A DNA stretch of 64,000 nt, from positions 1 to 64,000 of IMG/VR virus record IMGVR_UViG_3300020385_000006, one strand, 5' to 3'. Within the stretch, counting starts at the first letter, position 1, and the number at the start of each line of letters is the position of its first letter. The notes below the pieces were generated by a model, which saw nothing but the letters and a program-made list of their open reading frames with translations, was not told the DNA's origin and made no database searches. The stretch comes from an uncultured virus (IMG/VR IMGVR_UViG_3300020385_000006). Taxonomy: Duplodnaviria > Heunggongvirae > Uroviricota > Caudoviricetes. The position numbers and the translations under genes were made by a program. Of this stretch, positions 18,241-28,847 are shown one piece after another.

Positions 18241-19366
18241 TATATTTCTCCAATTGATCTAATGTTTTTGTTAACCCCATTCCAGGTTTAAATGTTGAGC
18301 CAGAATTGCCTACTGTGTATACTGCGGCCTTTCCCATTCCATTTGGTAAGTCTATTATCTTTTTAATAACACCTATAGAACCAAAATGTTCACAATTTGG
18401 ATTGATATTTTTTACAATATCTCCGGTACCGAATGTATATTCTTGTATTGATTCTTCAACACCTATAGGTCGTTGTACACCTCTATCATTATGGTTCTTA
18501 TCTAACCAAATTTGTAATTCTCTGTTCATTGAAAAATCATTTCCAAGCTCTTTACTACTTGCCTGACTCATTATGAATTTCTCAATATCTTTTAGAAAAT
18601 TATCTTCTACTGTATCATCTACTATGTCTTGGATATCATCATCTACATCTAACTGTCCAATGAATCCACCATCTTTGGAGTTTGCATCAGGCTGGCTCAT
18701 AGCTTTCTTAAGAAAGTCTAAACCATCTTTGGCAGTAAATATCCATTCTGCTGCAGTTCCGACCAAAGGTGCTAACGTTACCGCCTTTTTACCAACTGCC
18801 TTTGCTCCTTGTTTAATAGCAGCATTTCTTTTATCTTTCTTTATATTTTTAATACGAGTCTGTAAATCACCGTAAGTTTGAAGGTCACCCCAACCCCTTC
18901 CTTCTATCTCTTCTTCATCTTCACGGATGACACTATCATCGATTGGTAAAGCCTGTAATTCTTTTTTTTTGTCTTTAAGTGCCTTGGTTTCTAAATCATT
19001 TGCTTTTAATTTAGCTTTAAGAACATCTCTACTTATTTCAGACATTTGAATAGACTCTTCCTTCTTTGGTTCTTCTTCCTCTGGTTCTTCTTTTGCAGAC
19101 TCTTCTTCACCGCCATCTGCTCCCATGGCTTTGTTGTATGTATCTAAATCTACCACATTGCCTCCTACAGATAATTGTAGTATCATACGATAATCAAATC
19201 GATGCATTTGACCATCTTCGTCCATTCCAAAACCTATTAAAGGATCTTGTATATCATCTGTACTGGTTATGGTAAGATATCTACCATTTACATATACTTT
19301 AATTGGAATTCGTGTTAATACAAATTGGCCTATAACCACATTACTAAATGCTTTGATTGGTTCCAT
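18233..19366 (-). CDS. multidomain hypothetical (putative virion/head) protein
   Basis: 377 aa with acidic linkers; downstream of ATATTTATA at 19389. Confidence 0.7.
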   Translation of the reverse strand: MEPIKAFSNVVIGQFVLTRIPIKVYVNGRYLTITSTDDIQDPLIGFGMDEDGQMHRFDYRMILQLSVGGNVVDLDTYNKAMGADGGEEESAKEEPEEEEPKKEESIQMSEISRDVLKAKLKANDLETKALKDKKKELQALPIDDSVIREDEEEIEGRGWGDLQTYGDLQTRIKNIKKDKRNAAIKQGAKAVGKKAVTLAPLVGTAAEWIFTAKDGLDFLKKAMSQPDANSKDGGFIGQLDVDDDIQDIVDDTVEDNFLKDIEKFIMSQASSKELGNDFSMNRELQIWLDKNHNDRGVQRPIGVEESIQEYTFGTGDIVKNINPNCEHFGSIGVIKKIIDLPNGMGKAAVYTVGNSGSTFKPGMGLTKTLDQLEKYNG

Positions 19367-19408
19367 ACGTTAACCTTTTTCGATTTAATATAAATATGCA
19401 GTTGTAAC

Positions 19409-19756
19409 TTATTTCCAGAGAATTTGAATAAGAACTAATGCCGTTGCTAATAATAAAGATACCATTGTTTTATGATTTATTCCTTCACCCATAATAGCTG
19501 AAGTACAAATACCAAAAACAAATACACCGGTTGCAAATCCTATGAACCGACCTGGCCATAATGAACCATCAAAATAAGTAACAATAAGTTCTGTGGCTTT
19601 GATAAACATGACAGAAATTGGGGTACTAAATAGTAAGGCCATTAAGAACGGGTGATCTTTTGCCCACTTCCAAAAGAATTGGCCATTTGTCTGGAACCAG
19701 ATCATAACTTGACCTACAGTAAATAAAGCAATTGCATACAAAAAATGTTTCATCAT
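19409..19756 (-). CDS. 4-TM small membrane protein (DMT/SMR-like)
   Basis: Four hydrophobic helices; promoter TTAG-N20-TATATTAA at 19766-19797. Confidence 0.65.
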   Translation of the reverse strand: MMKHFLYAIALFTVGQVMIWFQTNGQFFWKWAKDHPFLMALLFSTPISVMFIKATELIVTYFDGSLWPGRFIGFATGVFVFGICTSAIMGEGINHKTMVSLLLATALVLIQILWK

Positions 19757-19804
19757 ATTTTTATTTTAATATAATGAAACATTTTCAATTATCCTAATAA
19801 TTTA

Positions 19805-20422
19805 TTAAGGTCTTTGGAATACAAATAAACTAGCTGATATACTACCATCCATTATAAATCCGGATGTCCAAGCTGATGAGCTAAATATCTGAGATCCGCT
19901 TAATGTATATAAGTCTCCGGATTGGCCTTGGCTGATACCGTTAAGGGGAGATGATCTATGTGGTATGCCGGCTAAGTTCGTCGCGCCTCCAACTACTAAT
20001 CCATGGGTTGATATACCTGATGCTGTTACACCACCGGAGGCTGATATAGCAGAGGTTCCAATATTACCGACTGTTAATGTGTCACCGACTGTTAAATTAT
20101 CCTCTATAAATGCATCATCTGTTGAATATAAATGCTCTGCTCTCACCGTCATCGAAGATGTTATATGACCAGAAACATATGTATGTCCTCCAACAATAAA
20201 AGGTTTTAAAAGTTGAACTGTATCACCAAGAACAATATAAGTAGTGGTACCTGTCGTGTTTTGTATATATTCAGTTCCTACTGCTTGCGTTCCATATACT
20301 CTTTGAGCAGTCACATTACCAGCTAATGTGATAGATCCGGTTAGGTCCAATGAACCTGATACTCCAATTGTTCCACCCACGCCGGCTAATGGAGTTAAAT
20401 TGTTTACATTAAGATTACTCAT
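19805..20422 (-). CDS. putative tail-fibre-like/virion protein
   Basis: G/S/T-rich beta-strand repeats (VSGS, LTGS, ISASGG); ATATTTATA at 20450. Confidence 0.55.
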   Translation of the reverse strand: MSNLNVNNLTPLAGVGGTIGVSGSLDLTGSITLAGNVTAQRVYGTQAVGTEYIQNTTGTTTYIVLGDTVQLLKPFIVGGHTYVSGHITSSMTVRAEHLYSTDDAFIEDNLTVGDTLTVGNIGTSAISASGGVTASGISTHGLVVGGATNLAGIPHRSSPLNGISQGQSGDLYTLSGSQIFSSSAWTSGFIMDGSISASLFVFQRP

Positions 20423-20497
20423 ATCGGTATTCCCGTTTTTCTATTTTATTATAAATATACATTTGTATCATTTAAACTACGTTTGTTTTTACTTTTT

Positions 20498-22192
20498 TTA
20501 TGGCTCATCTGTCCATGGACCATTCATGTTTATAATACTCCAACTAGCTTCATTTTGACATGTTACATGTAAACGAGCATTACTCTGCATTGATTGTGAT
20601 ACTAGTTGGATACCTTTTCCATTTGTCCCAATATCTCCCGCAGAATTAAATATAAATTTTCCACTATCATTTGGAGTTACAAGTATAGTAGGTGCAAATG
20701 TTGTATGATTAGCATGTGCATATCGCTGTTTACTTCTAATATCAAATGACATTCCTACTGATGCAGAAGGTAATTCTAATCTTATTATCCCAGCTGGATT
20801 ATCTAAATATCGACCATTAGCGGTTGGTAAACCATACCATGGATGACTAGGAGATAATGAAGGAGCAAACTCTACACCATATAATGGATTTGATCCACTA
20901 CAAACAAGTACTTGTCTTCCCATTCCATGAGCTGCATTTGATAATGTTAATGATGCAGTTATTGGTATATCATTATCCCAACCAACTGAAATTTGATCAA
21001 CAACTAATTCACCAGATCCAGAAGGACCAGAAATTTCTACAGTTGCCCCAGATGATGACTCTGATGATGATAAGTCTCCTACAAAGGTAGTAACCGAACT
21101 AATTGATGCTGATGGATCTGCGGATTCATTTCCTTCAAATACGTTTGATCCGTTAGTAAATACACTATCACCTGACTGAGTCAATTCTGAATTAATGACT
21201 GTGCTATCACCTGATAATGTTGTATCTCCAGTTACAGCTATATCTGTTACTGTACCACCTGTAAATTGTTGATTAGAATTAATTATTGTTACATTGGAAC
21301 CGTTTGGTATTGTATAATTAATACCTTCATTAATTGTTATGGATAAATTTTCATCGGTGACATTTAAAGTGGTTACGCCGGCGCCAGCAATAGTATTTGT
21401 TGATATTATCTGAGTGAATGCTACACCACCTGTTCCTACCGTGGTATCAGGTCCTACAACAACTTCTTCTTCAAGTATTTCAACTCCTGTATCTCCTACA
21501 TCTCCACCTGTAAATGTTTGATCTGTATTTATTATTGTTACATCGGCGCCTACCGATATCGTATAATTAATTCCGGATGCAATTGTATAACTAGGATTCT
21601 CATCTGATACATTAATGATAGTTGTTGTATTTGGTTGTATGGTAATGTCTTGAGATGTTTCTGCGGTATTACCAGTACCACCTACTGTACCTAATGCTCC
21701 GTATATTAAACTTGTACCAGGTGCAACACTCAATGCATTATCTGCTGTTATTATTCCGGTTGTTATTAGTCCATTATCAAGTATGAATCCATAGTTATCT
21801 TGATCAAACCCAGTGAATCCGTTTAAGAATGCTGACGTTTGAGTCACTCCATTAGTCTGCGTTGATATTGATCCAGTTAATTGCAGATCAATAGTTGCCT
21901 TAGGGCCTATAGATACTAAAAATGGATCGATATGAAGAGCTTCGTAATTGTCTCTAACAAATACATCTAAAGTTTCGCCTTTTTTCAGCGTACCGTATTT
22001 GGTCCTTTGCCGGCCGGCGGTTCTGTTCATGTCAATAAAGGTGGAAGAACTTTCAAATGCTCGTATACGTTTAACAGGAATACCAGTATCTGATTTTCTT
22101 CTTAATTCAAAGTCTTTTGATGCAGTTACATCTCCTTTCTTAAACTCTACTCCGTCAAATGAAAGTTTATCACCAGTTATTTCAATTGCCAT
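20498..22192 (-). CDS. putative tail-fibre-like/virion protein with internal duplication
   Basis: 564 aa T/G/S/N-rich; duplicated NV(S/T)DEN-GINYTI-VTIIN-FTGG module; ATATTTATA at 22209. Confidence 0.55.
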   Translation of the reverse strand: MAIEITGDKLSFDGVEFKKGDVTASKDFELRRKSDTGIPVKRIRAFESSSTFIDMNRTAGRQRTKYGTLKKGETLDVFVRDNYEALHIDPFLVSIGPKATIDLQLTGSISTQTNGVTQTSAFLNGFTGFDQDNYGFILDNGLITTGIITADNALSVAPGTSLIYGALGTVGGTGNTAETSQDITIQPNTTTIINVSDENPSYTIASGINYTISVGADVTIINTDQTFTGGDVGDTGVEILEEEVVVGPDTTVGTGGVAFTQIISTNTIAGAGVTTLNVTDENLSITINEGINYTIPNGSNVTIINSNQQFTGGTVTDIAVTGDTTLSGDSTVINSELTQSGDSVFTNGSNVFEGNESADPSASISSVTTFVGDLSSSESSSGATVEISGPSGSGELVVDQISVGWDNDIPITASLTLSNAAHGMGRQVLVCSGSNPLYGVEFAPSLSPSHPWYGLPTANGRYLDNPAGIIRLELPSASVGMSFDIRSKQRYAHANHTTFAPTILVTPNDSGKFIFNSAGDIGTNGKGIQLVSQSMQSNARLHVTCQNEASWSIINMNGPWTDEP

Positions 22193-22217
22193 GACTCATA
22201 TCCTTTGTTATAAATAT

Positions 22218-23054
22218 CTACGGAACAATTAAAGTTCCATTAGTATTATCAATATTTCCTTCATTAATTATAATTCCTTGCGATGCATTAATTGTACCAT
22301 TATTTGTTATAACTGCATTGACTGTCACAACACCTTGTATTATCAAAGTTACGCCGGCGTTTATAGTTAACGGTATGTTAACATCGACGCTGTTAGGCCA
22401 TGTCACAGACTCAGATATTTCTGATATCCCATCTGCGTGATTAATTACACCATCACTCCATGGATATTGTATACCAGCTGATCCTAAACTATTTTGCACA
22501 GAATGTAAATTAGCATAATAATTAGTACGATCTGTTTGTCGTTGTTCGGCTAATTTATATAAACGCACTTTTTCAGACATTGGTAAATCGATTACATCTG
22601 GGTGAGTTGAAAATGACTTCCATGTTAATTTCCAGGTACTAGGTGCATTTATCGGAGCACCTTCATTAATACCTCTTTTCTTTTTAACTTTTGGCTTTTG
22701 TTTTGATTGGGCTATATATCGTTCTGCATCCGCGATCTTTCCTTCTGCAATAAGTTTTTTACTAAGTTCTGCTTTTGCTAATTCATCGGCTTTCCAAGCT
22801 TCGAACTCTTCGATACGTCTTTGATTTTTTTCGTCTTGTATACGTTTTTGGTTTAAATATTCTTGCTCTTGTCGAGCTGCTTCTTCTTCCAATACTCGTT
22901 GTACATGTGCTTGTTTAGCGTTTTGTTCGTGGTCAAACTCTTCCCATTCACGTTTAATACGATCTTGTTCTACCTGTTCAGCTAACATTTGTTGCTTAGC
23001 TTCCCATGCTTCTTGTTTCTTTTTTACTTTATCTTTAAATGGACGTGGAATCAT
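22218..23054 (-). CDS. hypothetical protein (N-terminal charged coiled coil, C-terminal beta-helix-like)
   Basis: ORF track 278 aa. Confidence 0.7.
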   Translation of the reverse strand: MIPRPFKDKVKKKQEAWEAKQQMLAEQVEQDRIKREWEEFDHEQNAKQAHVQRVLEEEAARQEQEYLNQKRIQDEKNQRRIEEFEAWKADELAKAELSKKLIAEGKIADAERYIAQSKQKPKVKKKRGINEGAPINAPSTWKLTWKSFSTHPDVIDLPMSEKVRLYKLAEQRQTDRTNYYANLHSVQNSLGSAGIQYPWSDGVINHADGISEISESVTWPNSVDVNIPLTINAGVTLIIQGVVTVNAVITNNGTINASQGIIINEGNIDNTNGTLIVP

Positions 23055-23511
23055 AGTCTGTATATGTTATAGTTACTTCTTCTCCATTTTCTAGAGCTTC
23101 GGCTATGGGTACATATATTCTTTTATATGCTTGAACTGACTTACCGATGAAGCCATTTTTTATTAATTGGTTATTTTCTTGAGAATCACCTACAATTAAA
23201 CAACCACTAGTATGTTCATCTGTATTACCTGTATGAATTAAAATGTATTCAAATCCTGGTACATCTTGAACATGTAACATTCCTTTATGGAAGTCGCCAT
23301 ATTTTTTAGTATATCTAGCATTAAAACCACCTACTTTTCTTAATTGAATTTGATATGTACCGGCAGGTACACGTGTTTCATGCATTACTTTTTCATTACG
23401 ATATTCGTCTTCTAGACAATAACATAAAAATTTTCTTCCTGTTGTAATGTCAAATACTAAACCTGATGATGAATCGGATTCTGAACTAATCCTTAAAACT
23501 TCTAATTTCAT
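23035..23511 (-). CDS. DUF5675 family (L,D-transpeptidase-like) protein
   Basis: CYCLED, TRVPAGTY, ILIHTGN, HTSGCLIVG. Confidence 0.8.
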   Translation of the reverse strand: MKLEVLRISSESDSSSGLVFDITTGRKFLCYCLEDEYRNEKVMHETRVPAGTYQIQLRKVGGFNARYTKKYGDFHKGMLHVQDVPGFEYILIHTGNTDEHTSGCLIVGDSQENNQLIKNGFIGKSVQAYKRIYVPIAEALENGEEVTITYTDYDSTSI

Positions 23512-23540
23512 AAGTAAACTCCATTTGTTATAAATATAAG

Positions 23541-23663
23541 TTACTTACGCTTATCTGTTGTTTTAGATTCTTGATCTTTTAATTTTCGTTTTTTACGAAT
23601 CTTCTGTGTTGGTTGATGTGTTTCCACATACTTGTCCAAATCATTCAAATTAATTTTTGACAT
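23541..23663 (-). CDS. 40-aa basic peptide (MSKINLNDLDKYVETHQPTQKIRKKRKLKDQESKTTDKRK), not in ORF track
   Basis: Translated by hand; begins 1 nt after the upstream stop. Confidence 0.6.
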   Translation of the reverse strand: MSKINLNDLDKYVETHQPTQKIRKKRKLKDQESKTTDKRK

Positions 23664-23664
23664 A

Positions 23665-23913
23665 TTATTCCTGTACTCTTACTTTAAGTGATTTAATTTT
23701 ATCTAGGAATTCCTCGATAGAATAACTTTTACCACGCTCACATTTTATTACAAGCTCTTCAGTAATTGAATGTTGTTGATCAACTGCATTCATTAAAACA
23801 TTTAATCCTCTGTTTGCCCAGAATACGCCAAAACCATTATCATCTCCTAATTGATTGATATCATTGATAGTATCGGCTTCTGTATTACCGGGGTATAAAA
23901 TATAGTATCGCAT
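23665..23913 (-). CDS. hypothetical protein
   Basis: ORF track 82 aa; ATATTTATA at 23918. Confidence 0.7.
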   Translation of the reverse strand: MRYYILYPGNTEADTINDINQLGDDNGFGVFWANRGLNVLMNAVDQQHSITEELVIKCERGKSYSIEEFLDKIKSLKVRVQE

Positions 23914-23933
23914 TTGTTATAAATATGTATTAA

Positions 23934-24851
23934 TTAAGAATTTCCATTTGCAGTTATATGTTGTAGCTTTGCATCAGTTGATGCAGGATCTTGATCAAAC
24001 CATTTTTCTGTTTTAGTTTTTTTAACTACTGCACGTCCTTCTAATTTATTCCAATCCTGTTCTGGCCGTACATTTAAATTGGTTGACCATGCTCCTTCAA
24101 TAGTTGGAACTTTAACTCCTAGCTCATCGGCCATACTTATAAATGCATTTATATCTTTAGGAAAACATGAACCTCCAAAACCTAATTTTCCATCAGGCCC
24201 AGGGACATTTAAATGAGAATCGCCAATACGTTGATCTGCTGTAAAGCCGGCTAGAGCTTGTTTCCAATTGGCTCCTACTGCATCGCTTACTTGTTTCATT
24301 TCATTCATGATTGAAACTTTACTAGCAAAAAATACATTATTCATATATTTTATCAATTCCGCGGTTATAGTATCTGTCTCTATAATGTAACAATGTTCAA
24401 ATCGTTCGCGAAATAACTTTGCTACACGCTTAGTTAATCGTTTTGCACCACCTAAGATTATACGAGATTGTGTTAAGAAATCTAATTTTGCTGTACGTTC
24501 AGTCAAGAATTCCGGATTAAAGATTATGTTGAGTTTTGGAAATTGTTTTATAAAATTATTAACAGATCCCGGTACCATTGTAGATTTTAAAATGATAACG
24601 TTATTACGATTTTTATTTTTATAAGATATTTCCTTTAAAGCCTTTTCTACTATATCTAAACTTATAGATCCATCTTCTTGCATAGGAGTTGGTACTGCTA
24701 CAAATATACAATCACATTCTAATACTTCTTCAATCGTATTAAGATTACGCTTAGGATCTTTATCATGAATTCGAATCTCATGAGTAGGAGAAAATCCGAA
24801 TGCAACAGAATTACCTACAAATCCATTACCTATAATTCCAATTTTATTCAT
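23934..24851 (-). CDS. ugd: UDP-glucose/GDP-mannose dehydrogenase family (short form)
   Basis: GNGFVG, VAVPTP, NPEFL, KYMNN, GFGGSCFPKD. Confidence 0.85.
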   Translation of the reverse strand: MNKIGIIGNGFVGNSVAFGFSPTHEIRIHDKDPKRNLNTIEEVLECDCIFVAVPTPMQEDGSISLDIVEKALKEISYKNKNRNNVIILKSTMVPGSVNNFIKQFPKLNIIFNPEFLTERTAKLDFLTQSRIILGGAKRLTKRVAKLFRERFEHCYIIETDTITAELIKYMNNVFFASKVSIMNEMKQVSDAVGANWKQALAGFTADQRIGDSHLNVPGPDGKLGFGGSCFPKDINAFISMADELGVKVPTIEGAWSTNLNVRPEQDWNKLEGRAVVKKTKTEKWFDQDPASTDAKLQHITANGNS

Positions 24852-24858
24852 TTGCTTC

Positions 24859-25719
24859 CTAATTATTTTTTAAAAATTCTTCTATATACTCATTTAAGAG
24901 TTCTTTTGGCTCATATCCAACTTCTTGAGTTTTTGATATATCCGCTTTTGTAGTCCATGCTTCACCTAATCGAGCTGGAATATAAGTTGTTTTACATTTA
25001 AACATATCTGCTAGTTCATTTATTGAATGGTTCCTGCTAGTTCCTAAATTATAAATTTCACCTTTATATTCACCTTTGCTAAGACAAATCATACCATTAG
25101 ATATATCAAACACATGCGTAAAGTCTCTTCGTTGATCACCAGTTCCGGTAATTGTCAATGGTTCATTAGCATTATACTGTCTTTCAAATATACCAATAAC
25201 TGTTGCATATGTTCCTTCCCATGGTTGTCTAGGACCGTATACATTGAAAAATCTAGTAGATACTGTAGACATGTTATAAATATCTGAATACATTTTTAAT
25301 ATTTCTTCACCTGACCATTTAGTAAATGCATATGGATTAAGGTGAGGGCCAGCTTCGGCAGAACTACTAGCTGCATATATTATTTTTGCTCCACACCGTT
25401 TTGCTAATTCACATACTTGTACAGTTCCTAATGTATTTGCTTTAAAATATGATACTGGATCTAGAAAACTAGGCTGTATTCTAGACAATCCAGCGAGGTG
25501 GAATATCAAATCAAAATTTAGATTTTGATATTTAATTTTATCTAGATTATTAATATCATCAATAATATACTCAACTCCTTCTTCTTGATAATCACGATTA
25601 CTCGAATTTGAACATAAATTATCAATTACTGTAATATTGTAATTACCTTCTTTCTTAAGAATTTTTACTAGATTAGATCCTACAAATCCTAATCCGCCGG
25701 TGACTAACACGTTTTGCAT
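24859..25719 (-). CDS. NAD-dependent epimerase/dehydratase
   Basis: TGGLGFVGS, YAFTK (YxxxK), RFFNVYGP, RDFTHV. Confidence 0.9.
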   Translation of the reverse strand: MQNVLVTGGLGFVGSNLVKILKKEGNYNITVIDNLCSNSSNRDYQEEGVEYIIDDINNLDKIKYQNLNFDLIFHLAGLSRIQPSFLDPVSYFKANTLGTVQVCELAKRCGAKIIYAASSSAEAGPHLNPYAFTKWSGEEILKMYSDIYNMSTVSTRFFNVYGPRQPWEGTYATVIGIFERQYNANEPLTITGTGDQRRDFTHVFDISNGMICLSKGEYKGEIYNLGTSRNHSINELADMFKCKTTYIPARLGEAWTTKADISKTQEVGYEPKELLNEYIEEFLKNN

Positions 25720-25730
25720 TTTATTTCCTT

Positions 25731-26954
25731 TTAATTGTTATGTATTAAATTATTTTCATATGTTTCTAAACTATGAATTGTTACTTGTAAATTTTCTATT
25801 TCAAAATGAGTTGGTTCAATTAATATTGCTTCCCATAGTTGTTCATCATTGGCAAGTATTTCTGATAATGTTTGTATAATTCTAAAATCGTTATTGCTGA
25901 ATCGATTACCATCTATTTCAACTAAGATATCATTCTGTTTTTCATTATCAAAAGGTTTTATTTTATCTAACAGATCATAATGGGTATTTATTTGTTCTCG
26001 CTTTATATATGAATTATAATCACAATCAACATATATTGTACTACACCATGGTTCTAGCGTCTCTAACAACTGATCATTACAATTCTTAATTATGAATCCT
26101 ATATCATACTTAGGAGGAACAATAGGTTTCATTAACGCATCATGTTTACAAAAATGTCCCCATTTACGAATAAACTCTCTAGTTGATTTTTGATTTTGTT
26201 TTAACCATTCATCCGTTTCTCTGTTCTTCATAAACACTTCTCCATCCGGATTTCTTTTAGCGCCATCCGCAAATCGGCTACCTCTACATGTCATATGATA
26301 TACACAACCTTCCCATGTTTGAATAAATTTAATTCCATTTAATTGAAACCGGTTAAATATATCTGTATCTTCTTTTGATTGTGGAGCAAATATAGGATCG
26401 TGGCCGCCTATCTTTTGAAAGTCCTTTTTCCAAAATGCCCATGGGGCAAATATACCTTCCGTTGTTTTATTTACTCGATCAGCTTTTGTGTCACGCATAT
26501 ACCGAAGTAATTTATCTTCATCAAATTCTTCAGGCTCTATACCAAAATCAACAAGTATCTTTTCAGGACCGTCCGGATGTAAAGGCGGTTCGATTCTAGT
26601 TAAAGATACAATAATATTTTCTTTAAGATGCCATTCAATTGAATCAATAGCTCCTGGACATAAATACATATCTGCATGATATATCATACATATGTCATGT
26701 GAAGCAACTTCATTAACTAATCTATCATATAAAATGGTATGTCCTAATCTAGTCGGTCCTTCATTTCGTATCGCCTTAAAATTAGAATCTGTTTGCATCA
26801 TTTCTTGACACCAATCCCATGTACCATCATTTGAAAAATCATCTGCTACACATATTTCTACTGTATGATTGCCTTGGTTTTTTCTTATAGAATCGTAAGA
26901 CCATTTAAGATACTTAAGATTATTTCTACCTGGTTGTATTAAACTAATTTTCAT
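25731..26954 (-). CDS. glycosyltransferase family 2
   Basis: VADDFSNDGT, HADMY, EDTD. Confidence 0.85.
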   Translation of the reverse strand: MKISLIQPGRNNLKYLKWSYDSIRKNQGNHTVEICVADDFSNDGTWDWCQEMMQTDSNFKAIRNEGPTRLGHTILYDRLVNEVASHDICMIYHADMYLCPGAIDSIEWHLKENIIVSLTRIEPPLHPDGPEKILVDFGIEPEEFDEDKLLRYMRDTKADRVNKTTEGIFAPWAFWKKDFQKIGGHDPIFAPQSKEDTDIFNRFQLNGIKFIQTWEGCVYHMTCRGSRFADGAKRNPDGEVFMKNRETDEWLKQNQKSTREFIRKWGHFCKHDALMKPIVPPKYDIGFIIKNCNDQLLETLEPWCSTIYVDCDYNSYIKREQINTHYDLLDKIKPFDNEKQNDILVEIDGNRFSNNDFRIIQTLSEILANDEQLWEAILIEPTHFEIENLQVTIHSLETYENNLIHNN

Positions 26955-27829
26955 TGTAACCTTGTTTTTACGTTTGTACCATGTATCGGCTTAACAAATG
27001 TAGATTCATCATCTTCTGGTAATCTCCCCCATTTCTCAATAAATTTTCTTGTACTTTCTTGTTCAATACGTGCTAAGCGGTCCGGACGTTTATTGATATT
27101 ATCATCAGGAAATCTAGATGCTCTTGACGAAAAATGCCATTGTACTGATTTAGTAATCATTTTAAATTCATATCCTTCTAATTGCATTCGTATAAATAAA
27201 TCTTTGTCTTCCCAATATGCTGGTGCAAATAATGGATCATTTCCTCCTATCCATTCATAATCAGCTTTACGACAAAAGAATCCGGCACCGCCTGCCTTTC
27301 TTACAATTGAATCGTTTTCAGCTGAAAATTGAGTTGCCCATTCATCAAAATACTTACTATTAAAATTATGATGGAATTCTCCAAATTCATCTATTGGTAC
27401 AAATACTGTACCAGGTCTATACCATGGATCATTTGGAAATATTTTTGGTTGTATTCTAAATGACGATGCTATAAGTCTAACTCCTGGTTCTATATCATCG
27501 TATAATTTTAACAACTCAATGTCTTGGTTAGGTGCTATCCACATATCAGCATGAATTATATTTACAAATTCAGTATTTGATTGATGTACACAAATATCCA
27601 TACCTCCGCCAATTCCGCGTGGCACTTTATTCGATTCTATTATAGGTGTAAGATTTAATTTAGCTTTATTTTCTTCTAACCATTCATTAGTACCATCTGT
27701 ACAATTCTCGGCATGTACGATTATAGGCATATCATTGTAATATGCATTCTGCCTTACTGAGTCAATTGCCAATCTAAGATAAGATAGATTATTAAATGAT
27801 GATATACATGTTGTTATTTTATGTTTCAT
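26951..27829 (-). CDS. glycosyltransferase family 2
   Basis: ENCTDGT, HADMW, WEDKD; promoter TTAG-N20-TATATTGA at 27833-27864. Confidence 0.85.
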   Translation of the reverse strand: MKHKITTCISSFNNLSYLRLAIDSVRQNAYYNDMPIIVHAENCTDGTNEWLEENKAKLNLTPIIESNKVPRGIGGGMDICVHQSNTEFVNIIHADMWIAPNQDIELLKLYDDIEPGVRLIASSFRIQPKIFPNDPWYRPGTVFVPIDEFGEFHHNFNSKYFDEWATQFSAENDSIVRKAGGAGFFCRKADYEWIGGNDPLFAPAYWEDKDLFIRMQLEGYEFKMITKSVQWHFSSRASRFPDDNINKRPDRLARIEQESTRKFIEKWGRLPEDDESTFVKPIHGTNVKTRLQ

Positions 27830-27860
27830 ACTTCAATATAACTAATTTTTTACAGACTTC

Positions 27861-28847
27861 CTAATTTTTAGTTAATTTTATCACATTATTTAATAATTTT
27901 AAATCATTATCGACCATTTTCTGTACTAGCATATTAAATGATGTTTTAGGAGACCAATCCATTTGTGTCTTAGCCTTTGTATAATCACCTCTTAAAACAT
28001 CTACTTCTGCAGGTCTCATAAATCTAGGATCTTGTTTAATATATGGTGCCCAATTATCAATACCTATATATTTAAAAGCAACATCTAAAAATTCTCTAAT
28101 AGAATGAGTTTCTCCCGTTGCTACCACATAATCATCAGCTACATCCTGTTGTAACATTAACCACATTACTTCTACATAATCAGGTGCATAGCCCCAATCG
28201 CGTTTAGCTTCTAAATTACCTAATGTAATATGATCTACCAATCCTAATTTAATGCGCGCCACACCATCAGAAATTTTTCTGGTTACAAATTCAATACCTC
28301 TACGTTCAGATTCATGATTAAATAAAATACCCGAGCATGCAAACATGTTATATGATTCTCTGTAATTTTTAGTTATCCAATGGCCATATAATTTAGCTAC
28401 ACCGTATGGACTCCTAGGATAGAATGGCGTTGATTCTTTAGCTGGATTTTCTACCATACGACCAAACATTTCTGATGAACTTGCTTGGTAAAATCTAATC
28501 TTAGGATTGTATTCACGTATTGCTTCTAATATTCGCAGTACACCTATCCCTGTTACTTCGCTAGTATGTTCTGGTGTATTCCAACTTTCGCCTACAAATG
28601 ATTGAGCTGCTAAATTATATACTTCATCGGGATCACATTCTTTTAAACATCTTAACAATGAATTCTGGTCTGTCAAATCACCATTTAATATTGTTATATC
28701 ATCTTTCAAATGTTTAGTATTCACATCATTTACATTTGATGAACGACGTTCCATTCCGTATACTTTATATCCTTTAGTTAATAATAAATCTGCTAGATGG
28801 CTTCCATCCATTCCATTAATACCTGTTATAAATGCTGTTTTTGTCAT
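27861..28847 (-). CDS. gmd: GDP-mannose 4,6-dehydratase
   Basis: TGINGMDGS, YNLAAQS, YQASSSE, PRSPYGVAK, GILFNHES, RDWG, RPAEVD. Confidence 0.95.
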   Translation of the reverse strand: MTKTAFITGINGMDGSHLADLLLTKGYKVYGMERRSSNVNDVNTKHLKDDITILNGDLTDQNSLLRCLKECDPDEVYNLAAQSFVGESWNTPEHTSEVTGIGVLRILEAIREYNPKIRFYQASSSEMFGRMVENPAKESTPFYPRSPYGVAKLYGHWITKNYRESYNMFACSGILFNHESERRGIEFVTRKISDGVARIKLGLVDHITLGNLEAKRDWGYAPDYVEVMWLMLQQDVADDYVVATGETHSIREFLDVAFKYIGIDNWAPYIKQDPRFMRPAEVDVLRGDYTKAKTQMDWSPKTSFNMLVQKMVDNDLKLLNNVIKLTKN

